Shown here: piece by piece, positions 7,557-17,287 of the stretch | Position numbering within the stretch: position 1 is the stretch's first letter | How the letters are laid out: each line of letters begins with the position of its first letter | Assembly (NCBI GenBank): GCA_028713875.1 | Contig: JAQTNM010000001.1 | Location: 1 to 31,921 of the forward strand | Length of the DNA: 31,921 bases | Direction of reading: 5' to 3' | Origin: Candidatus Omnitrophota bacterium | Lineage (GTDB): Bacteria > Omnitrophota > Gorgyraeia > Gygaellales > Profunditerraquicolaceae | The notes under the pieces: model-generated | Told to the model about the DNA's origin: nothing | Databases searched by the model: none | Seen by the model: the letters and a program-made list of their open reading frames with translations, nothing else | Program-made: the position numbers and the translations under genes

Positions 7557-8512
7557 TGCAACGCCAGCTTCACAGCTTCAATAAACGATCCGGGATTGGC
7601 CTGATTAGTCCCTGCGATATCAAATGCGGTGCCGTGCAAAGGCGATGTCCTGATAAAATCAAGGCCCAGCGTAAGATTTACGCCTTTATCCCGGCCAAGT
7701 AGTTTCAAGGGTATCATTGCCTGGTCGTGATACATCGCAATCACGCAATCGTATTTACCGTCTTTGGCTTTTGCGATGGCCGCATCTGCAGGAAGCGGAC
7801 CCTCGATATATCTTATTTTGCTGCGCAGGCTTTCTACGGCCGGCGCGATAACTTGCGACTCTTCTCTACCGATAAGCCCGTTATCCGAGGCGTGCGGATT
7901 AAGGCCGCAGACTACTATGCGCGGCTCCTTGATCAAAAAGGCTTTTTTCAAAGAAGAATATGCCAATAACGTTGTCGCGGTTATTTTATGCGCAGTTAAG
8001 GCTTGCGGAACCTGCTTAACAGAAATATGCCTGGTAACCAGCGCAAACCTTAAACCATCGTTCAAAAGCATCATCCCGATCTTATCTGCGGCATTTTTTT
8101 CAGCCAAGTATTCGGTATGACCGGAGTAGCGATACCCGGCCAGGTTGATTGCAGTTTTTGATATCGGCCCGGTCACAAGGCAGTCGACCTTTTTATGCCT
8201 GATCATCTCCATCGCCTTATCCAGGTATTCCATGGAGGCACGGCCGTACTCCGGAGCGATCCTGCCGAATCGGAAATCGGCATGCGCTACGTTATCCAGG
8301 TCGATAAAATTCAGGCCTCCTCCTGCGGCTCTGGCCAGGCCTGAGGCCCGCTTAAAAACCCATCTATCTCCTATAATCGCAAATCTGGCCAGTCCGCAGA
8401 TGCGCGATAGCGCTTTTGCGATTATAAACGGGCCTATGCCTGAAGGGTCCCCAAAAGTAATGCCGACTTTAATTCTGGAATATTTTGATATAGGAACGGC
8501 TTTTGAGTTCAT
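7529..8512 (-). CDS. pdxA: 4-hydroxythreonine-4-phosphate dehydrogenase PdxA
   Basis: GDPSGIGP, metal His motifs GHTEYL / NPHA / YHDQ, RTSPLHGTAFDIAG. Confidence 0.97.
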   Translation of the reverse strand: MNSKAVPISKYSRIKVGITFGDPSGIGPFIIAKALSRICGLARFAIIGDRWVFKRASGLARAAGGGLNFIDLDNVAHADFRFGRIAPEYGRASMEYLDKAMEMIRHKKVDCLVTGPISKTAINLAGYRYSGHTEYLAEKNAADKIGMMLLNDGLRFALVTRHISVKQVPQALTAHKITATTLLAYSSLKKAFLIKEPRIVVCGLNPHASDNGLIGREESQVIAPAVESLRSKIRYIEGPLPADAAIAKAKDGKYDCVIAMYHDQAMIPLKLLGRDKGVNLTLGLDFIRTSPLHGTAFDIAGTNQANPGSFIEAVKLALQCTLNLKKD

Positions 8513-9395
8513 CTAGCCACTTGGTTAATCCCTCTTCCATTTTCTGATTAAACAGCATGGTGTAAGCTTTATCACGCACTTCAACGAGGCTTTGCTGGCG
8601 GGCGGGAATGATGCCTGTCAATTTAAAAATATAATATTTATTGCCTATTTTAACCGGAGCGGATACTTCCTGTTCTTTTAGCTTAAAAATAACCTCTTCA
8701 ATATCCCTGCGCAGCTGCCCCTTTACCACGTCCATTTTATCAAAGTATACCAGGCCGGCTTTAACCAAGCTTTCCGGATCCTTGCCGTTCCTCAGGTCTA
8801 AAAAGATCTGGCGGGCGCCGTCAGCATCTTCGGTAGACAGAGATTCCACTACCAGTTCCTCCGGATATTTAAACGCTTCCTTGTTTTCTTCGTAAAACTC
8901 CGTAACCTGCGCCGGGCTGATTATGACCTTACTGCGTATCTTTGCGTTAATAATGCCGTACATGAGCATCTGTTCCTTTATCCGCGATTCCAGGTCTGCC
9001 CGAACCAGGCCCTGCCTGACTAAATCCGCCTGAAAATCAGTTTCTGAACCGTAATATTTACGCAGCTCGTCTATGCGGGACTGGACCCTGGATTCGTCTA
9101 TCTTTATGTCGCTCTTTTTGGCTTCCTGTAAAATAAGTTTATCTTCAATCAATTTATCCAGCAGCTCACCTTTCATACTGTTGATCCTGTCTTCGATTTC
9201 CCTTTTATCGGCATGCCCCGAAGACATCTGCATACGGGTGAAATTAATAAAATCATTAAGGTCCTTTTGCGTAATTACATCGCTATTTACGATAGCCACG
9301 ATCTTATCTTCGGCCCGCGCGTACGCAAAGGCCAGGAAAAAAACAACCCCGGCCATAAGCATTACTTTTATCTTTTTTCCGGTATTTTTTGACAT
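8469..9395 (-). CDS. SurA/PrsA-like periplasmic chaperone with a degenerate parvulin domain
   Basis: Signal peptide, DKIVAIVNSDVITQKDL, LDKLIEDKLILQEAK and WLDELKSRSYIKI (SurA N/C core). Lies upstream of pdxA-rsmA. Start set at ATG 9395; the track extends it to TTG 9410. Confidence 0.85.
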   Translation of the reverse strand: MSKNTGKKIKVMLMAGVVFFLAFAYARAEDKIVAIVNSDVITQKDLNDFINFTRMQMSSGHADKREIEDRINSMKGELLDKLIEDKLILQEAKKSDIKIDESRVQSRIDELRKYYGSETDFQADLVRQGLVRADLESRIKEQMLMYGIINAKIRSKVIISPAQVTEFYEENKEAFKYPEELVVESLSTEDADGARQIFLDLRNGKDPESLVKAGLVYFDKMDVVKGQLRRDIEEVIFKLKEQEVSAPVKIGNKYYIFKLTGIIPARQQSLVEVRDKAYTMLFNQKMEEGLTKWLDELKSRSYIKIFQN

Positions 9396-9414
9396 AGTCA
9401 ACTTTTGCAAATTT

Positions 9415-11301
9415 TTAGACGGCTTTTCTGAGTGTGGCCACCGCTTCTCTCAATAACCTGCAGTAAAGGTCAAAACCTATCGCGGAAATAAAACCATGTT
9501 GTTCTATCCCCAGTATGTTGCCTGCGCCCCTCATTTCCAGGTCCTCCATGGCAATCTTAAAACCGGCGCCCAGATACGCATATTCCTGGATAGCATCCAG
9601 CCTCTTCCTGGCATCGGTATCCAATATCTGGCTCCTGGGGGTCAGAAAATAAGCATACGCCGTCCTGTCAAACCTGCCTACCCGGCCGCGCAACTGGTGC
9701 AGATCCGATAATCCGAAGGTATGCGCGTTATTTATAAGAATGGTATTGGCATTGGGCACATCTATCCCGGACTCAATGATCATCGTGCACAAAAGTACGT
9801 CTATCTTCGCTTTCAAAAAATCGAACATCACGCTCTCCAGGGCCCGGGAAGGCATCTGCCCGTGGGCGATCTCCAATCTGGTTCCCTGCGGGAGAACCCT
9901 GGATATCTTATCTTTTATTTTGTCAATATCATTGACGCGGTTGTGCAGAAAATAAACCTGCCCTTTACGCCTGATCTCCCTGGAGATCGCCTGCTGGATG
10001 ATATCTTCGTCATATTCTACCACAACCGTTTTTATTGGCAACCTATTTCCCGGCGGGGTATTTATCACGGACATATCCCTGGCATTCATTAAGCTCAGAT
10101 ACAGCGTCCTGGGGATGGGGGTCGCGGTCAGGGTAAGCACGTCGGTGGTAAGGCGCAGGCTCTTCAGTTTTTCTTTTGCCCTGACCCCGAAACGCTGCTC
10201 CTCGTCTATTATAACCAGGCCCAGGTCTTTGAATTTTATATCATCCGACAAAAGCCGGTGCGTCCCTATGACTATATCCACCGTGCCTGCGCTCAAGCCC
10301 TCCACAATATCTTCCTGCTGCGATCTGGTCTTAAAACGCGAAAGCATCTGGACATTCACGGGAAAATCGCTCAAGCGGCCCAGGAAATTCTGATAATGCT
10401 GTTCGGCCAGGATCGTGGTCGGCACAAGATAAGCGACCTGTTTGGCATCCATCACCGCTTTAAAAGCGGCGCGCATAGCCACTTCGGTCTTGCCGTAACC
10501 TACGTCTCCGCAAAGAAGCCTGTCCATGGGCTTGACCGATTCCATATCGCGTTTTGTTTCCTGGGCAGCTTTAACCTGGTCCGGCGTCTCCGTATAAGGG
10601 AAAGTAGCTTCAAACTGCTTCTGCCAGTCGGTATCGGCAGAGTAAGCAAAACCGGATACGCTCATACGCATCGCCTGAAGGGATAAAAGTTCCCAGGCGA
10701 ACTTCTGTATATGCTTTCTTACCCTTTCCTTGGTCCTGGTCCATTCGTTGCTGCCTAAACGGTAAAGTTTGGGCCTCCTGGCTGCAAAGGCGATATATTT
10801 CTGCACCAGGTGCATCGATTCCACCGGCACATAAAGCTTTTCCTGCCGGTCGTATTCAATAACCAGATGGTCTTTAACCTTATCCCGGACCTTAATCTTG
10901 CGTAACCCCAGGAACCTGCCTATGCCGTGCTGGTTATGCACGACGTAATCCCCGCTCTTTAAATCTACGAAATTTTCTATCGGGAATTCTTCTGTAAAGA
11001 CGGAAACGCCAAACTTATGCGTTGTTTTGATGGGCAGGATGATCGCCATTTGATGTTCCCACAGCGGCATGCCCGTGGAAGGATTAAAAGACCTGATGGA
11101 GGCGATCTTATCTATATTGAGCTCTATGCGTATGGGCAGCTCAAAGGTAAAGGGGAATATATCCACGATATTGCCGCGCCGGGAAAAATCCCCTTCTTGA
11201 GCACATTGCTCCTGGCGCCCGTATCCGAAATCCGTCAATACCGAAGATAAATCTTCCAATTCAAGCGCTGCGCCGGCATATAACTTAAGCGATTTAAACA
11301 T
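9415..11301 (-). CDS. mfd: Transcription-repair coupling factor Mfd, short form (628 aa)
   Basis: UvrB-homology D2 (GDFSRRGNIVDIFP), RID (GDYVVHNQHGIGRF), GDVGYGKT, DEEQRFG, TATPIPRT, QLRGRVGR, TRG motif DLEMRGAGNILG. Confidence 0.93.
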   Translation of the reverse strand: MFKSLKLYAGAALELEDLSSVLTDFGYGRQEQCAQEGDFSRRGNIVDIFPFTFELPIRIELNIDKIASIRSFNPSTGMPLWEHQMAIILPIKTTHKFGVSVFTEEFPIENFVDLKSGDYVVHNQHGIGRFLGLRKIKVRDKVKDHLVIEYDRQEKLYVPVESMHLVQKYIAFAARRPKLYRLGSNEWTRTKERVRKHIQKFAWELLSLQAMRMSVSGFAYSADTDWQKQFEATFPYTETPDQVKAAQETKRDMESVKPMDRLLCGDVGYGKTEVAMRAAFKAVMDAKQVAYLVPTTILAEQHYQNFLGRLSDFPVNVQMLSRFKTRSQQEDIVEGLSAGTVDIVIGTHRLLSDDIKFKDLGLVIIDEEQRFGVRAKEKLKSLRLTTDVLTLTATPIPRTLYLSLMNARDMSVINTPPGNRLPIKTVVVEYDEDIIQQAISREIRRKGQVYFLHNRVNDIDKIKDKISRVLPQGTRLEIAHGQMPSRALESVMFDFLKAKIDVLLCTMIIESGIDVPNANTILINNAHTFGLSDLHQLRGRVGRFDRTAYAYFLTPRSQILDTDARKRLDAIQEYAYLGAGFKIAMEDLEMRGAGNILGIEQHGFISAIGFDLYCRLLREAVATLRKAV

Positions 11302-11351
11302 ATCAAGAAAAATAAGGCCGCCGCTAAGTTCAGGTTTTTAGGTCTAGCTAT

Positions 11352-11379
11352 GCTAAGCCTTGAGCCTAAGCCTTAAGCT
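11352..11379. repeat. Short degenerate tandem repeat (TAAGCC-like units) in the secDF-mfd gap
   Basis: gctaagccttgagcctaagccttaagct. Confidence 0.5.
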
Positions 11380-11388
11380 TATCTGGCG

Positions 11389-13584
11389 CTACTTTTTTCG
11401 GGTCCAGGCAAGGACTAAAGGTGAGGCGATATAGATCGTAGAGTATACGCCGGAGATAAAGCCAACCAGCAACGTAAACGCAAAGTTGCTCAATACCTCT
11501 CCGCCGTAAAGAAAAATAGCGATGACCACAAACAATGTAACCCCGGAAGTCAGGATGGTCCTGCCCAGGGTCTGGTTGACGCTTAAGTTTATCAGTTCGT
11601 AAAGGCTGGCCTTTCGCGCAATGCGCATGTTCTCGCGCACCCGGTCATATATGACAATGGTATCGTTTATGGAATAACCTGCGATGGTAAGAAGAGCGGT
11701 AACGCTCAAAAGGTCGATCTGCCTCCCGGTAATAACCAGGAACCCCAAAGCTACCAGCATATCGTGCAGCAGCGCGATCACTCCGGCAAAGGCAAAATTA
11801 AAGTGTTTGAACCTGAAGGCCACGTAAACCAGAATACCCACCAATGACCAGATCAACGCATAAAAGGCCTTGGTCTTTAAATGCCTGCCGGCTATCGGCC
11901 CAACCTTCTCTATACGCAGCATCTGCACCTCTTCATCCGGAAAAGCCGCTTTTAATCTTCCGGTTAAAACCTCGCTTTTATTCTCCCCGGTACGGATAAG
12001 CACGACCCTGGGGTTATCCCGGAACTGCTGGATGGAAGCATCTACAAATCCGCTCTCTTTGAGCAACTGCCTGATCTTGTTTATCTGGGGCGGGTTCTTA
12101 AAACTGTATTCCTGGAGCTGGCCTCCTGCAAAATCTATTCCGTAGGCTCCGGGGCCTCTCTTAAAGAAAAACACCAGGCCGGTAATTATGATCACCAGCG
12201 ATATCACATAAAATATCCGGCGCTTGCCGATAAAATCGAATTTCGTCTCTTTGATTATCTTAAGCATATGCAGGGATTTGAGCCACCCTAAACTTAAAAA
12301 CACTTCAAAAATGGTACGGGTCACGACAATCGCGGTGAACAAGCTGGCGATCAAACCTATGGTAAGGGTCACTGCAAATCCCCTTATCGGACCTGTGCCA
12401 AACTGGAATAACAGGAACGCGGCGATGAGAGTTGTGATATTGGAATCAAAGATTGCGGTGAAGGCTTTGGAATATCCGTTAGCGATGGCAGTGCGCAAAG
12501 ACCGGCCGAGAGTCAGTTCTTCTCTTATGCGCTCATTGACCAACACATTGGCATCTACTGCCATACCCAAAGACAAAACCATGCCTGCAATACCCGGCAG
12601 GGTCAGCGTGGCGGATATGCCGGGGAATAAATGCGGCAGCATCCCCAAACACCCTAAAATTATAAGGAGGTTGAGCGCCAAAGCAACATCAGCTACGATC
12701 CCGGCAAAAAGATAATAAACAGCCATAAACACAAAAACCGCTGCGCAACCGATAAGGCTGGCCTTTACTCCTTTATTTATTGAATCCTGGCCTAATAACG
12801 GACCTATGGTCCTTTCTTCCTCTATATGCATGGGAGCGGGTAAAGCGCCGACCCGTAAAACCAGGGCCAGGTCCTGCGCCTGCTCAACGTCAAAACGTCC
12901 GGTGATCACCGCCTCGCCGGACAATATGGCGTCCCTTATGACCGGGGCAGACTGCACTTTCCCGTCTAAAACAATAGCCAGCCTCCTGCCGATATTGTTT
13001 TTGGTAACCTCGGCGAATTTCTTGGCGCCTTCGGCATTAAGTTCCAAAGCCACGACGGGCTGGTTAAATTCACTTTGACTGAAACGGACGCTGGCGTTGG
13101 AAATGGCATCGCCGGTTAAAGCCGTCTCCTTTTCCAAAAGCATGGGTTCATTGTTATCCTGGCTGTATTTGAGCTCATACCCTTCCGGAACGTCCCCGGC
13201 AATGGCTTCCTTTAATTTCTGGGGTTCGCCAGAAACAAGCTTGAATTCAAGGAGGGCGGTCTTACCGATCAGGTCCAGCGCCCTGTCTCTGTCGGTGACT
13301 CCGGGAAGCTGCACCACTATTTCGTCGGTACCCTGCTTCTGAATGGACGGCTCCCTTACCCCGAAAGCATCGATCCTGTTGCGGATGACTTCCAATGCCC
13401 TGTCGGCCGCCTCTTCCTTGGCCTTTTCAGGCAGATGACTCGTATCTACTTTAAGGAGCAGGTGCATACCGCCTTTTAAATCCAGGCCCAGGTTTATCCT
13501 TTTATCCAGCGGAAAAGCAAAATAGGCGCACAGGCCCAGAACGCCCAAGATCATAATTATTTTATAGGTAAGTCTTTTTTCCAT
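11389..13584 (-). CDS. secDF: Fused protein translocase subunit SecDF
   Basis: LGLDLKGG, RNRIDAFGVREP, GRRLAIVLDG, GMAVDANVLVNERIREE (SecD), then GIDFAGG and GYSINDTIVIYDRVREN (SecF) in one frame. Confidence 0.97.
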   Translation of the reverse strand: MEKRLTYKIIMILGVLGLCAYFAFPLDKRINLGLDLKGGMHLLLKVDTSHLPEKAKEEAADRALEVIRNRIDAFGVREPSIQKQGTDEIVVQLPGVTDRDRALDLIGKTALLEFKLVSGEPQKLKEAIAGDVPEGYELKYSQDNNEPMLLEKETALTGDAISNASVRFSQSEFNQPVVALELNAEGAKKFAEVTKNNIGRRLAIVLDGKVQSAPVIRDAILSGEAVITGRFDVEQAQDLALVLRVGALPAPMHIEEERTIGPLLGQDSINKGVKASLIGCAAVFVFMAVYYLFAGIVADVALALNLLIILGCLGMLPHLFPGISATLTLPGIAGMVLSLGMAVDANVLVNERIREELTLGRSLRTAIANGYSKAFTAIFDSNITTLIAAFLLFQFGTGPIRGFAVTLTIGLIASLFTAIVVTRTIFEVFLSLGWLKSLHMLKIIKETKFDFIGKRRIFYVISLVIIITGLVFFFKRGPGAYGIDFAGGQLQEYSFKNPPQINKIRQLLKESGFVDASIQQFRDNPRVVLIRTGENKSEVLTGRLKAAFPDEEVQMLRIEKVGPIAGRHLKTKAFYALIWSLVGILVYVAFRFKHFNFAFAGVIALLHDMLVALGFLVITGRQIDLLSVTALLTIAGYSINDTIVIYDRVRENMRIARKASLYELINLSVNQTLGRTILTSGVTLFVVIAIFLYGGEVLSNFAFTLLVGFISGVYSTIYIASPLVLAWTRKK

Positions 13585-13602
13585 AATCTTTATGCCCCGC
13601 AG

Positions 13603-13890
13603 TTACGCGACCTGTGTCTTTTTTACGTAAGCGATGCAGTTCTTTTCCACCTCGATCTTGACATTATCGTCTACCCGCAGGGTGAGGCTCTTGTCTTTGA
13701 CGTTAACGATAACCCCGTGGATGCCGCCGGTAGTGACCACCTCATCGTTCTTGGCCAATTTAGTGAGCATGTTCTGGTGCTCTTTTTCCTTGGCCTTCTG
13801 CGGCCGGATGAGCAGAAAATAAAAAACAATGAAAATAAGAATCAGGGGCAGGAAATTCAATAATGGATTTACTGTAGGTGCCTGTGGCAT
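13603..13890 (-). CDS. yajC: Preprotein translocase subunit YajC
   Basis: FYFLLIRPQK, GDEV-like NDEVVTTGGIHG. Directly upstream of secDF. Confidence 0.97.
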   Translation of the reverse strand: MPQAPTVNPLLNFLPLILIFIVFYFLLIRPQKAKEKEHQNMLTKLAKNDEVVTTGGIHGVIVNVKDKSLTLRVDDNVKIEVEKNCIAYVKKTQVA

Positions 13891-13894
13891 TGTC

Positions 13895-14140
13895 TTATTC
13901 CTCCTTCTTGGCTTTTTTGATTATATTTTTAAGCGCCTCCGAAACCTGGGCGCCGTTTTTAACCCAGTAATCAAGGCGTTCCTTCTTGATTTTTACTTCA
14001 CCCCTAAGCGGGCTGTAAAAACCCAGCTCTTCTATGCAGCGCGAGTCGCGCCCGGAGACCTCGTCAAAAACGCTGACGCGAAAATGCGGTCTTTTTTTTG
14101 GATTTTTGCCTATCCTTTTTAAACGTATGCGTACTGCCAT
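13895..14140 (-). CDS. rpsP: 30S ribosomal protein S16
   Basis: MAVRIRLKRIG, RDSRCIEELGFYSP, DYWVKNGAQVSE. Confidence 0.96.
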   Translation of the reverse strand: MAVRIRLKRIGKNPKKRPHFRVSVFDEVSGRDSRCIEELGFYSPLRGEVKIKKERLDYWVKNGAQVSEALKNIIKKAKKEE

Positions 14141-14155
14141 TTTACCTCCTCTGAT

Positions 14156-15652
14156 TTAGGGGCAACCGCCCCTGATGGCTTCGATTAAAGCCCTGGCTTT
14201 ATTTACCGATTCGTTATACTCTCTTATCGGGATAGAATCCGCCACAATACCTCCTCCCGCCTGAATATAAGCGGTCTTATCCTTTACCAATATTGTACGT
14301 ATGGTTATACACGTGTCCATATTATGCGAAAAACTGAAATATCCCACGCATCCTGCATAAGGTCCGCGTTTGGATATTTCCAGCTCATCAATAATCTCCA
14401 TTGCGCGGATCTTCGGGCTGCCGCTGACTGTACCCGCAGGAAAACAGGCCCGCAAAACACCGTAAATATCGTATTTTTTGTCCAGTTTTGCCTTTACTTC
14501 AGTAACCAGGTGCATTACGTGCGAATATTTTTCCACCGTCATAAATTCGCTTAAAGTTACCTGCCCGGATCTGGCAATGCGGCCCAAATCATTCCTGCCC
14601 AGGTCAACCAGCATGATGTGTTCGGCTCTTTCCTTGGCGTCATTTAAAAGCTCCTTCTCTAAGACCTCATCCTCGGCCTCGGTTTTACCCCTGGGCCTGG
14701 TGCCGGCAATAGGCCGCGTCTGGACCGTGCCGTCCTCGCAACGCACCAGCATCTCCGGCGAAGTCCCAACCAGGCTGATTTCTTTTAATTTGAGGAAAAA
14801 CATGTAGGGCGAAGGATTCAGGCTCCTTAAATTGCGATAAATGGAAAACGGCTCATGTGAGATCTTTATTTTGAATCTCTGCGATAAAACGACCTGGATG
14901 ATATCGCCTTTCCTGATATACTCCTTGGCCCTGGTTACGATATCACAGAAGGAACGCCTGGTAAAATTGGAACTTATTTTTATCCCGGTTGATTTTACTT
15001 TCCTGGCCTCTTGCGCCGCCTGCCTGCCAAATTGTTCCTGGATGGCTTCTATTTTCTTGACCGCAGCATCATAAACCCTGATCTTCTGTTTTAACGAAAG
15101 TTTTCCTGCCTTTTCAGGCAGCATAACATTAGCTACTATTTTTATGGTGTGATTGACATGGTCAAAGATCAGGATCGTATCGGTAAGGATAAATACGCAA
15201 TCCGGCACATTCAATTCATCCGGGTTTTTGTCCGGTATTTCTTCAAAGAACCTGACCGTATCATAACCTATATAACCTACCAGGCCGCCGTAAAAACGCG
15301 GCAGGCCGGCGCAGGGGGCAGCCTTGAAATCTTTCATCAGGTTCCTGATCTCATCCAGGGGGTCAGTGCCGGTGGTAAATCTTTTTACGGACTTCGCATG
15401 AGGATAGATGATCTGGATATCCCTGGCCTTGCTCCTAAAAATAAGCGCGGGGTTCGCCCCCAGGAAAGAATACCGGGCAGTCTTCTCCCGGCCCTCTACT
15501 GATTCCAGCAAAAACGCATAATCGTCGCTTTTAGCAATCTTTAAGAACGCCGATACCGGCGTATCCAAGTCGGCGTTTATCTGATTATAAACGGGGATGA
15601 CGTTTCCTTTTTTGCAAAGTTTTAGGAATTCCTTTAATGACGGTTTAATCAT
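14156..15652 (-). CDS. trpE: Anthranilate synthase component I
   Basis: AFLLES and NPSPYM (Trp-feedback motifs), GTSPEMLV, RPIAGTRPRG, EHIMLVDLGRND, GTVSGSPKIRAMEII. Confidence 0.9.
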   Translation of the reverse strand: MIKPSLKEFLKLCKKGNVIPVYNQINADLDTPVSAFLKIAKSDDYAFLLESVEGREKTARYSFLGANPALIFRSKARDIQIIYPHAKSVKRFTTGTDPLDEIRNLMKDFKAAPCAGLPRFYGGLVGYIGYDTVRFFEEIPDKNPDELNVPDCVFILTDTILIFDHVNHTIKIVANVMLPEKAGKLSLKQKIRVYDAAVKKIEAIQEQFGRQAAQEARKVKSTGIKISSNFTRRSFCDIVTRAKEYIRKGDIIQVVLSQRFKIKISHEPFSIYRNLRSLNPSPYMFFLKLKEISLVGTSPEMLVRCEDGTVQTRPIAGTRPRGKTEAEDEVLEKELLNDAKERAEHIMLVDLGRNDLGRIARSGQVTLSEFMTVEKYSHVMHLVTEVKAKLDKKYDIYGVLRACFPAGTVSGSPKIRAMEIIDELEISKRGPYAGCVGYFSFSHNMDTCITIRTILVKDKTAYIQAGGGIVADSIPIREYNESVNKARALIEAIRGGCP

Positions 15653-15655
15653 ACT

Positions 15656-15991
15656 TTAAATGATCCTTCGGTAAAAACAGGAGCGCATGCCCGTGTGGCA
15701 GGCTACCCCTACTTGACGCACTTTTATGACCAAGGCATCCATATCGCAATCGTAAGCGATCTGTTTTACATACTGATAATGGCCGGAAGTCTCTCCTTTA
15801 ACCCAGTATTCCTTGCGGGAACGTGACCAGAAACAGGTCTTTCCCAGTTTTAGCGTCCGGCGCAAAGATTCCCTATTCATATAAGCGAGCATCAGGACCT
15901 CTGCGTTCCTGTAATCCTGTATTACCGCCGGGATTAGCCCCCTTTTATCATATTTTAAGCTTTTCAGATCGAACTTATTCTTTTTGCTCAT
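15656..15991 (-). CDS. hisI: Phosphoribosyl-AMP cyclohydrolase (stand-alone, no HisE fusion)
   Basis: [32 protein letters not shown]. Confidence 0.97.
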   Translation of the reverse strand: MSKKNKFDLKSLKYDKRGLIPAVIQDYRNAEVLMLAYMNRESLRRTLKLGKTCFWSRSRKEYWVKGETSGHYQYVKQIAYDCDMDALVIKVRQVGVACHTGMRSCFYRRII

Positions 15992-16761
15992 AGACGTACA
16001 GGTACTCCTTTTCCTTTCAGGTATTCTTTAACCTGGCGTATCGAATATTCCCGGTAGTGAAAAATCGAAGCAGCCAAGGCCGCATCAGCTCGGGCTTTTG
16101 TCAATACATCGTAAAAGTGTTCTAATTTGCCCGCGCCCCCTGAAGCAATAACCGGGACATCCACGGCATCAGCGATCGCCCTGGTCAGCTCCAGGTCATA
16201 ACCGTCCTTGGTGCCGTCATAGTCCATGCTGGTCAGAAGTATTTCGCCTGCCCCTAAAGCTACTGCCTTCTTTGCCCATCCCAGGGCGTCTATGCCCGTA
16301 GGGGTCCTGCCTCCGTTTATATAAACTTCCCATGAAGCGGCTCTGTTGCCTGAATCCTGATTGCGTTTGGCATCAATTGCCAGGACTATGCACTGGCTGC
16401 CGAATTTACCGCAGGCTTTGGAGATCAGATCGGGATATTTGATTGCCTGCGTGTTCATGGAAACTTTTTCTGCGCCGGCATTCAATAAATCGCGGATGTC
16501 CTGGACATCCCTTATGCCGCCGCCGACAGTAAAAGGCATGAATATATTCTTGGCGATCCTCTCTACCAGACCTACAAGCGTTTTCCTGTTCTCTACGCTG
16601 GCAGTAATATCCAGGAATACCAGCTCATCCGCCTGCTGCCGGTCATACACTTTAGCTACTTCCACGGGGTCTCCGGCGTCGCGCAACCCCAGGAACTTTA
16701 CGCCCTTTACCACCCGGCCTTCTTTTATGTCAAGGCAGGGAATGATGCGTTTGGTCAGCAT
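15988..16761 (-). CDS. hisF: Imidazole glycerol phosphate synthase cyclase subunit
   Basis: [48 protein letters not shown]. Confidence 0.99.
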   Translation of the reverse strand: MLTKRIIPCLDIKEGRVVKGVKFLGLRDAGDPVEVAKVYDRQQADELVFLDITASVENRKTLVGLVERIAKNIFMPFTVGGGIRDVQDIRDLLNAGAEKVSMNTQAIKYPDLISKACGKFGSQCIVLAIDAKRNQDSGNRAASWEVYINGGRTPTGIDALGWAKKAVALGAGEILLTSMDYDGTKDGYDLELTRAIADAVDVPVIASGGAGKLEHFYDVLTKARADAALAASIFHYREYSIRQVKEYLKGKGVPVRL

Positions 16762-16773
16762 TTTTTAAGGAAT

Positions 16774-17226
16774 TTACTTTACCTTCCTATCCAGGTATCC
16801 TTTTAACAGGTTCCAGGTCTGCCTTCCCACTTTACCGTTTACCGTCAGGTTATTCGCTCTTTGAAAAGCCCTGACTGCTTCCCGCGTCTTCCTGCCCATC
16901 TTCCCGTCAATAGCGCCGGAATAATATCCCGCATTCTTCAGGGCGGTCTGGATCTGTTTAACTGTCGGGCGTGATTTCGTTTCGCGCATCGCCATGCGGC
17001 CTGTTGTTCTCTCTTCAAGGGCGCTCTGTTCTTCTGCTTTATTCAAAGACTCTTTTAAAGAATTGATCTCTTCGTCCTTAGCCTGCAGTTGCGTCTGTAA
17101 TACGCTGATCTGGTTCCTTAATCCCTGCATCTCCATATCCGTCTTTTTGCGGCCAGTGGCGCATCCGGACAGAGCTGTTACAAAACCTGCTAAAACAATC
17201 AGGAGTACCAACTTATTCTTCAGCAT
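16774..17226 (-). CDS. Lipoprotein with a coiled coil and a C-terminal PG_binding_1 domain (150 aa)
   Basis: Strong SD AGGAGGAGGT before ATG 17226, lipobox LSG-C, heptad segment, then QIQTALKNAGYYSGAIDGKMGRKTREAVRAFQRANNLTVNGKVGRQTW. Confidence 0.88.
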   Translation of the reverse strand: MLKNKLVLLIVLAGFVTALSGCATGRKKTDMEMQGLRNQISVLQTQLQAKDEEINSLKESLNKAEEQSALEERTTGRMAMRETKSRPTVKQIQTALKNAGYYSGAIDGKMGRKTREAVRAFQRANNLTVNGKVGRQTWNLLKGYLDRKVK

Positions 17227-17287
17227 CTTTACCTCCTCCTCCGTAGTAAACGGACACCGGCCTATCATTTAAGGCCAGGCGTCTTTT

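Noticed and set aside
11389-13584. SecD-SecF fusion as a novelty
   Set aside because: Fused SecDF is well known, for example in Bacillus and Thermus.
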